A stretch of 64,000 bases of DNA from positions 186,868,001 through 186,932,000 of the forward strand of contig OZ024742.1 of NCBI GenBank assembly GCA_964016885.1. Direction: 5' to 3'. This document shows positions 56,105 through 64,000 of the stretch, piece by piece. The position numbers were made by a program, and so were the translations under genes. How positions within the stretch are numbered: position 1 is the first letter of the stretch; every line of letters starts with the position of its first letter. This DNA comes from Eledone cirrhosa (lineage: Eukaryota). Under the pieces are notes generated by a model that saw nothing but the letters and a program-made list of their open reading frames with translations, was not told the origin of the DNA and made no database searches.

Positions 56105-57262
56105 GCAACTTTCGTGACTCTGCTAACTGTCCGCTCCTGGGCCAATGCCTAACTAAAAATGTTATATACAAATGTACTGTTACTAGCCACAATAATATCA
56201 AATATTACATAGGGGCCACTTCTGGGTCGTTCAAGACTAGATTTCGAGCACATCTTCACTCTTTTAGGAATAGGAAGCTAAGGTACTCTACATCCCTCGC
56301 CAATTACATCACCCGTTTAAACGACGCTAGCACCAGCTCCTCCACTTATTGGGAAATTGTCAACCAGGCAACACCCTACAACTTCAAGAAAAACTGCTAG
56401 CTCTGTCTCATGGAGCTTTACTCTAGTGTACAAGCGCCCCCTGATCTCATCAACAGTAGAGCCGAAACCATCATCAATTGCGGCCACATACTACAACAGT
56501 CGTTCTACAGATGGACCCTGGATAATACCCAAACACCATAGTACCAGGGCATTTTACACCACGCCCTGGCTTGTCTTAAAACGGTGGGCCAAAAATTAAA
56601 CATCTGTGAACAATACTATTATCCAGCCCCCGTCATCCCTCAAGGGTGTAGCACTACATGTGCCCAGACCTAATTGCCTTGTCGTACTCCTCCACACCAA
56701 CGGAATAAATCTTGAGTATCTCTGCAGGAACGATGATTGTACCATTTAAACACCATGGACGTATAATCGTATGATCGTGCAAGGCCTGAGGTTTATGCCT
56801 TTACACTTTTCGGCGTTTAAAGATTTGTCGAAATTGCAGCTTCATACTAACTTAGACTGTACATAAGTTTCACCGACCATAGTATTATTGAACACTCACA
56901 TTCATACCTTAACTGTGCCTCTGCAAACTGGCTTGACAAAGAATTATTAAATTAGCATGTAGTAAATAGACTCAGGGGAGTAAATGAATATTTTATTATA
57001 GTGGACAGGAATTTTAGCAGACAATTCCAAATCAGCACCGGGATTATCTCTCTTTGTACACAAACCTAAGCAGCTAACTCTGTAACACAGAGATATGAAT
57101 TTCGATGTTAAAATCGTATTCATACTCATTCAGGGTTCCTAATTAACCCCTTTACTCCTCTCTGAGCCTCCGAGGAGCCCGACTTGGGCGTAACACGTGT
57201 AAGAGCTCCTTATAAATACATTTTAACCGTCTGCTTCTCTTTCTTCAATTTCTTCGATTTAT
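56105..57262 (+). pseudogene. 3' fragment of another Naiad-type PLE (GIY-YIG + 3' UTR + degenerate hammerhead)
   Basis: Reads ANCPLLGQCLTKNVIYKC..YYIGATSGSFKTRFRAH (from ~56121); CCGAGGA-gccc(gactt)gggc-GTAA-cacgt-GTA-agag at ~57169-57204; short inverted copy of the end at 57280-57332. Confidence 0.7.
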
Positions 57263-57367
57263 ATATATATATATATATATAATCGAAGAAATTGAAGAAA
57301 GAGAAGCTGACTGTTAAAATGTATTTATAAGGTAGAATTGAGATTGAGGGTTTGTGGTATTTCTCAC

Positions 57368-57417
<50 letters not shown>

Positions 57418-57548
57418 GTGAGAAAAACCACAAACCCTCAATCTCAATTCTACTTTCGAAAAGCACAAGAACTGCGAAACCGGTAAAGGAACCAAATAAA
57501 TATATAAAAAAAAAAGACTCCAGTTGCATTTTCGATTTCATCTTTTTT

Positions 57549-57614
<66 letters not shown>

Positions 57615-57622
<8 letters not shown>

Positions 57623-57888
57623 AGATCAAAAGATGGTTAAAGGAGTTCCATGTATTTTATTAAGCGCATTTCAAAAACAAACATCATCATGCAATAATGT
57701 TTGTGTTTTCATCAGATAAAACAGGAGGACATGATATGAAGGCTAAAAAACACTTGTGGATAGTGGTTTTAAATCAACATATCTTTTGATCTTATATATT
57801 ATGTATACTCTAGTCCTACAAACTGTAGAGTGCTTCTTATCCGATATCTGCATTGCTTTATTGTACTACAATAAAACTCACCTCCTAT
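57615..57888. mobile_element. Fold-back family D hammerhead element, copy 2
   Basis: Highly similar to 14876-15122; inversion at ~57780. Confidence 0.75.
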
Positions 57889-57929
57889 ATATATATATAT
57901 ATATACATATATATATACATATATATATA

Positions 57930-58361
57930 AGAAAATAATTTGTTTTTAAATGAAAAAATACGAGATCTCCTACACGAGTGAAAGTATAAGGAAAAGAAAT
58001 CGAAAATGCAACTGGTGTATTATGGCTCAAATTGTTTTTGTTTTTTTTGTATAAATGTAATTTGGTTGGTTGATGACTGTCACGTTAATAAGTACATCAA
58101 ATTTCGCGCCAGTTCGTGTTTGTTTTTTTTTATTGCCATTTTCACAGTCACATGATTTGTCAGAGAGAGTTTTGTGCCAAATAAAAGATAATGGTCAATA
58201 AACGGGAGGGGGAGTAATCGTTCTAGTTCAGTGAGTCTGGCTGATGTGTCAAAATTCAGACTTTCTATTGAAATAAATTGAATGTTTGTGTCGATAGTGG
58301 TGGCGGCAGCGATGGTGGTGGCAGGGTAGAATTTAGAAATATATATTTTTATTTGTGTGCG

Positions 58362-58436
<75 letters not shown>

Positions 58437-61108
58437 AGGAAAATGATTCCATTAGTAGACATGGAGAAGGGTGTTATGTGTGAGTGTCTATGTATGTGTG
58501 TGTGTGTGTGGGGGGGGGGGTATGGTGAGCATGTTAAGGTGTTCAAATATTAACGTATGTTAAAGTATATTTAGCTTTGGTCTTTTATTTTCGAAAATAG
58601 AAGAGGGTATTATGTGTGTGTATGTATGTATGTGTCTGTGTGGATGGTTAGCATATTATGGTGTTAACATATTAATGTTTATTAAACTATATTTATTGCT
58701 GGTCTATATTTTTGAATAAACATAATTTCCTTATTTATTCGTATTTGGTCTGCTGTATCGTCAGTGCAAAGATAAATTGGGAAGACTTGAAATTTGGGTG
58801 TCTTATCGCTTGCGCATATGTCTAGATGTCCACTGAGTGGTATTTGTCTTGTGGTAGGTTCTCGTAATTATTGGTGATAAATTGTCACCCAGTTTCTGAG
58901 CGTGAGTTTAGTTTGCCCTATATAATTTTCATTACATCCTTTACATTTAATCGTATAAAGTAAATTCTTTGATGAGCAAGTGATGTGATGTGACAACATT
59001 TTGTGCCTTCAATGAGGTGAATGCAAGTTCCGCAATTAGAGCGACCAGATTTTTCGACAGTTGGTTTTGCATCTGTGGTGGGTAACTTGGCATTGGTGAG
59101 TGATGTTTTTAGTGATTTAGGTTGTCTTTTGCTTTTGATTATTTTGTGTGTTTCAAGTTCTTTTTTCATTCTTGGGTCTTGTTTTAATAGTGGGATGTTC
59201 TTGTGAATCATGTTGTATGCTTCCGTATTTCTTGGGTTGTGCGTTGAGATATATGATAGAATATTGGATGTACCTTGAATGTGTTTCTGTTTTCGTAATT
59301 CATCAATGCCTATTGCTTTAGCCTTCCTATTCCATTATCTATTAGTAACGGTGGGTAATGTCTTTCGAGCAGAATTTCCTTTAACCCTCGAAGTCTTTTA
59401 TTTTGCGTTTCATAACTGGAGACAATTGTGCAAATTCTTCTTGATGGATTAAAAGGGATGTTCGTCTTCGTGCGCTTTGGATGGCTGGAGGTGAATAGCA
59501 TGTATTGTTTGGAATCTGTTGGTCTGTAGTGGATGTCAGTTTCAATATTTGTGTCTTTTTTATGATTAAGATGTCCATAAATGGGAGTTGGTCTTGCTTG
59601 TATTCCATTGTGAATTGGATGTGGTTTTTGATGCCGTTAATTAAATTTTTGAAATCATTTAGTTGGTCGAGACCATAGAATAAGGCTGTAGCGTTTCCAA
59701 TTCTCTTTCCAAGTAGCGTTTCCAATTCTGTGATAAATATTTGTGGAAGCTCAAGCCGTATTTTGATTTGGAATGTTCATATATCTGGACTTCCAAGTAT
59801 GCCATGACTGAGTTAACGTAAGTTGGAACGACTTTTGTACCCATCGTGGTCCCGATATTTGTTTTTTAGTGCTGCATTCTAAATAAAAAAAGGTGTTCTG
59901 TAAAATGAATTTTAATCCCTCGGTGATGAATCTTTTTTCTATGCTGTCCGGTATCTCATTGGAGTATTTTTCAAGCCAGAATCCTATTGCTTCTAGTCTG
60001 TATTGGTGTGGGATCTTCGCGTAGACGTTCACTACATCGAAAAACACAATAATAATGTCGTTGTTGACGTGTTTGGAGAGGTGGTTTAAGAGGTCGAGGT
60101 CGCATCTTACAAGGTTTGGTATGTGTTTGAGAATTGGCTTTAGTAGTATCTCTATAAAGTTGAGCAGTTTATGTGTTTCACATTGTGGGCCCGCTACAAT
60201 TGGTCTTAATTTAAGGTCAGTGGGGTGTTGTGTGTTTACGCAGGTTGAGGTGGATTCTTTATGGCATCGTTAATTGTGTTACACTTGTGGATCTTCGGAA
60301 GTCCGTGAAGGTTGCTGGTTTTACATTCAAAATGTGTTAAATAATCGCGTTCCTTTTTAGTTAAGTCTTTGTGCTATTGACACTATGAATGCATTTAATC
60401 TGTCAACGTTTTTGATTGTTGGCAGTTGTTTACTCTTTCATAGTAGTTAGTGTCTTGTAAGAGAGAGAATATAGAATGTTTATACTGTTTAGCAGCCATA
60501 ATTTCGACAGTGCTTCCCTTGTCCGCTACCTTGATTACAATGTCAGTATTGTTTTTTAATTCATGGATAATCTCCCATTCCCTTCGACTCGTGTTGGGTT
60601 TGGGTTTAAGTTGTGGTAGTTCATGGTATGGGAAAGTTGGTATGTGGTCACAAAATTTCTCCAAAACTCTGTTCCTGCCCTTTGTTATGTTGTAGCTGCT
60701 TTTATTCCGTAAAATTGATTCATCGCTATTCTTCTTGTCAAAAAATTCCTCTGTTAAACGTAATTTTCTACAGAAGTGTAACATATTGTCGTTTATCTCA
60801 TTGGGGTTAGAGTATTGTGGTGTTGGTGTAGATTCCAGTCCTTTTGAGAGAATCTTAATTTGTTAAGAAGTTTGTATTTGAAAGATTGATTATTTTCGAT
60901 TTTTTAAAATCGGTTTGTGCCACCCGGTGTCGTGGGTCCTATAGACATGCTCTAAAAAATGTTCTTTCTGAATTGTTTTTTCATCAGTATTACTATATCT
61001 AATGGCATTTTCCCTGTTGTTGTGTGGTCTTGTATAGAAGTTTCGGACGTATTGAGGTTCGGTTTGTTGATGGTCAGGGTTGTAATTTTTGTACCTTTGT
61101 ATGGGTTG
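57930..61108 (-). pseudogene. Degraded Penelope-like element (family B): RT + GIY-YIG
   Basis: KVADKG, LRPIVAGPQC.T, FDV.N.Y..IP, MGT...P.Y.N, FTME....LPFMDILI, HP...K.NIPF and CGTC motifs across frameshifted ORFs; ends in the family B tail. Confidence 0.85.
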
Positions 61109-61271
61109 GAGAGAGAGTGAGAGAGATAGAAGTCTACGGTATTGAGCCCGGGTAGAGCATTATTCATGGGAGTACGCAGTGTATAGGGAGATGCTGAGTT
61201 GGTGTAGAGATATGTAAAATCACAACCGCGGCACCAAACCGAAACCGCTTGGCGATGCAGTCGGGATTTTA

Positions 61272-61391
<120 letters not shown>

Positions 61392-63033
61392 TGTTCCTGC
61401 GACAATTAATTTTCTTTAGACATTAAACAAAACATACATGGCAAAATGAAAAGAACATACAAGAAATCCCATATGCTATGTTGTTATTACAGCTCACACC
61501 TATACAGGTTTAGCTGGCCTCCTCCAAGGTATATCTCGTTGGAGATGTCTTGAGGGATTTAATGATAGGGACCCCAGTTCTCTCATCTCATTTCTACAGC
61601 TGAGTAAACTGGAGCGACGTGTAATAAAGTGTCTTGCTCAAGGAAACAACACATCACCCAGTCTGAGAATTGAACTCCCAACCTTTCGACTGCATGCTCT
61701 AAACACTAAACCATGCGCCAACATATGTTATAAAATAAACTGAATGGGTTGTGGTGTCAATATGTAAACTAAATGATCAATTCTGGTTTTAAGAAAATCA
61801 AGGGAGTCAATCTAAAAAATTATCGCTTTTCCAACCTCAATACTTATTCAAACCCTCTCCTATTATTTGGGACCTGAGAGTATATTCTGGGAGGGTCAAG
61901 CTGCCAATTAAACCATATTTACAAGTTGATTTTCACATTAATTATATTTTTAAGTAATTAATCAATCAATCAAAAGGATTAATTAAGATTAATTTTTGCT
62001 ACAACAACAACAATAATAATTGTTTCTAATTTTGGCACAAAGCCAGCAATTTTGAAGAAAGGAGAAAGTCGAATAAGCCGCCCCAGTACGTTACATGTAT
62101 TTTATTTTACCGACCCCTGAATGATGAAAGGCAGAGCTACCCTTGGCGGGATTTGAACTCAGAAATTAAAGATCGACAACAATCATTGGAATGCCATATC
62201 TCTTAGTTTGTAGTTACCAATTCAGCACCCCAACAATGGTAATAATAATGATTTCTGATTTAGGCACAAGACCAAACATTTTAATGGATGGGGAAGTCGA
62301 GTAAATCGACCCCAGTGCGTCCGGTACATTATTTTATATACCCTGTAAGGATGAACGTACGGCAGGATTTGAATTCTTAACGCAAAAAGCAAAAACTCTA
62401 TATCACAAAGCCTGTTGACCGACTCTCTACTGATAGTGAGATAAATAGATGAATAAAAGAAAAAAACAAACAAACAAAGAGAGGCAACGAAGGTCACACA
62501 CAAACGCATGCGCACACCACATTCTGCAGACATAAAAACAAAAAAAAACAAAAAAAAACAGAGTAAATGGAGACGAAGCGCAGACACAGAGGGCTAAAGT
62601 CATGAAGAAGGTTACAGGTTGTTATAAAAGTAATTGATTAGTTTATTAATTAACTGATTGATACATGAATTACCTGAAAAATAATATAACCAAGGTGAAA
62701 CTCAACTGGTGTGTCTTTGGATTAGCAGCAGACGCTTCCAAAATTACAATATCTGTTTCAACACACGATTTCACCACAAGAATCGTACATATGTATGTAT
62801 GTTCTTCTGGTTTTATAAATTTTATAATTGTTTACCAATACAGAGAGAGTCAGTTTCTAACATAGATACAATACTTTCTTATTGGAATTTAAACAATATC
62901 AACTAGGTAGATATGTATGGATGTCTGCATGCATGCATGTGTGTGCAGGTATAGATGTTAATGTATGTGTGGTTGTGGATGTTTTGAGTTATATGTGTGC
63001 ACGTGCATACGCTTTGTACATGTGTACATGCAG

Positions 63034-63365
63034 TTATTCGATGCAGAATGTTTGGAATGCTTTACATATTTTTACTGTTCCATTAATGGATTGTACTTGT
63101 AATTTCCTAACTAGTTGTGTTCTCTCTGTTTCTGTGAAGCCCAGCTTCTCAAGATTTGTACTGGGGCAGTTACTAACAAATCCCAGTGCCCCAATAATCA
63201 CAGGTATAAATCTGAAGGTATAGTCAGGATGGAGTATCTGCAAATTTCTGCATAAATGTTCTCCTTTTCACTGATCTGTGATAATATATTGGCATCTGCT
63301 GAGCAGTTAACTTCCACTACCGTGCATGCCTTCTTTCCCCTGTCCCATATCATTATATCTTATCA
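63034..63365 (-). pseudogene. R4/Dong-like LINE restriction-like endonuclease C-terminal remnant
   Basis: Minus strand DIMIWDRGKKACTVVEVNC.AD.NI....EKE..Y, then IPVIIGALG. Confidence 0.65.
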
Positions 63366-63369
63366 TTAT

Positions 63370-63622
63370 AGCTCAGGTCATGGTCCTTGTATGGATCTGG
63401 CTGTTTCTACTTCTGCGGGTTCTTTCAGACACGGGTGTTATGCCCGGAGCAAATTTTATCACTGATAAAATTTGCTCCGTACATAAAACCCGTGTCTGAA
63501 AGAACCCGCAGAAGTAGAATCAGCCAGATCCATACAAGGACCATGACCCGAGCTACATGCCGGCGAAACATTTGTAACACGAAATAAACTAAGTATGTAT
63601 CACTGATTTTTCGTTTTCTTTA
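63370..63622. mobile_element. Fold-back family G-related element with hammerhead-like motif (63491-63581)
   Basis: 63370-63436 is the inverse of 63488-63555; cgtgt-CTGAAAGA...GAAA-cattt-GTA-acacg; tail atcactgatttttcgtttt matches 13957-13976. Confidence 0.65.
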
Positions 63623-63643
63623 TAATATATATATATACAATTA

Positions 63644-63813
<170 letters not shown>

Positions 63814-64000
63814 ATAATAATAAAATTGAAGACTAAAATCCAAAGAGGGCTCGATATGGATAAATATATATCAAATATATAAGAACCGTAGAGCAAATAT
63901 TTATTAAATAACAGATTAAAGTTTAAGCAAAGAATCGCTGCTTTCACCCTTAACGGGATCTTCTGAAACTAACAAAGTCAATCTGTAAACGCAGAACTGG

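Overview
AT-rich, microsatellite-saturated eukaryotic (animal, probably cephalopod-like by inference) repeat DNA with no recognisable host gene; nearly all short ORFs are (TA)n/(TG)n/(CA)n artefacts. It contains a complete but decayed Helitron (5370-10935), a very young Naiad-type Penelope-like retroelement (RT + GIY-YIG) in a head-to-head inverted array (15142-38112, probably duplicated by assembly across a 200-N gap), older Penelope-like copies, a Chapaev3-like DNA transposon with TIRs/TSD, two hAT MITEs, LINE remnants and tRNA-derived SINEs. The main hidden signal, read by eye, is roughly 30 intact or degenerate type-I hammerhead ribozyme motifs from about a dozen sequence families. Most sit in fold-back (inverted) insertions in (TA)n tracts, each with one short and one long family-specific 3' end. 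Several use a compensatory U3-A8 core, one has a 116-nt stem II, and some form retrozyme-like tandem or circularly permuted units. Family letters A-H are my own labels.
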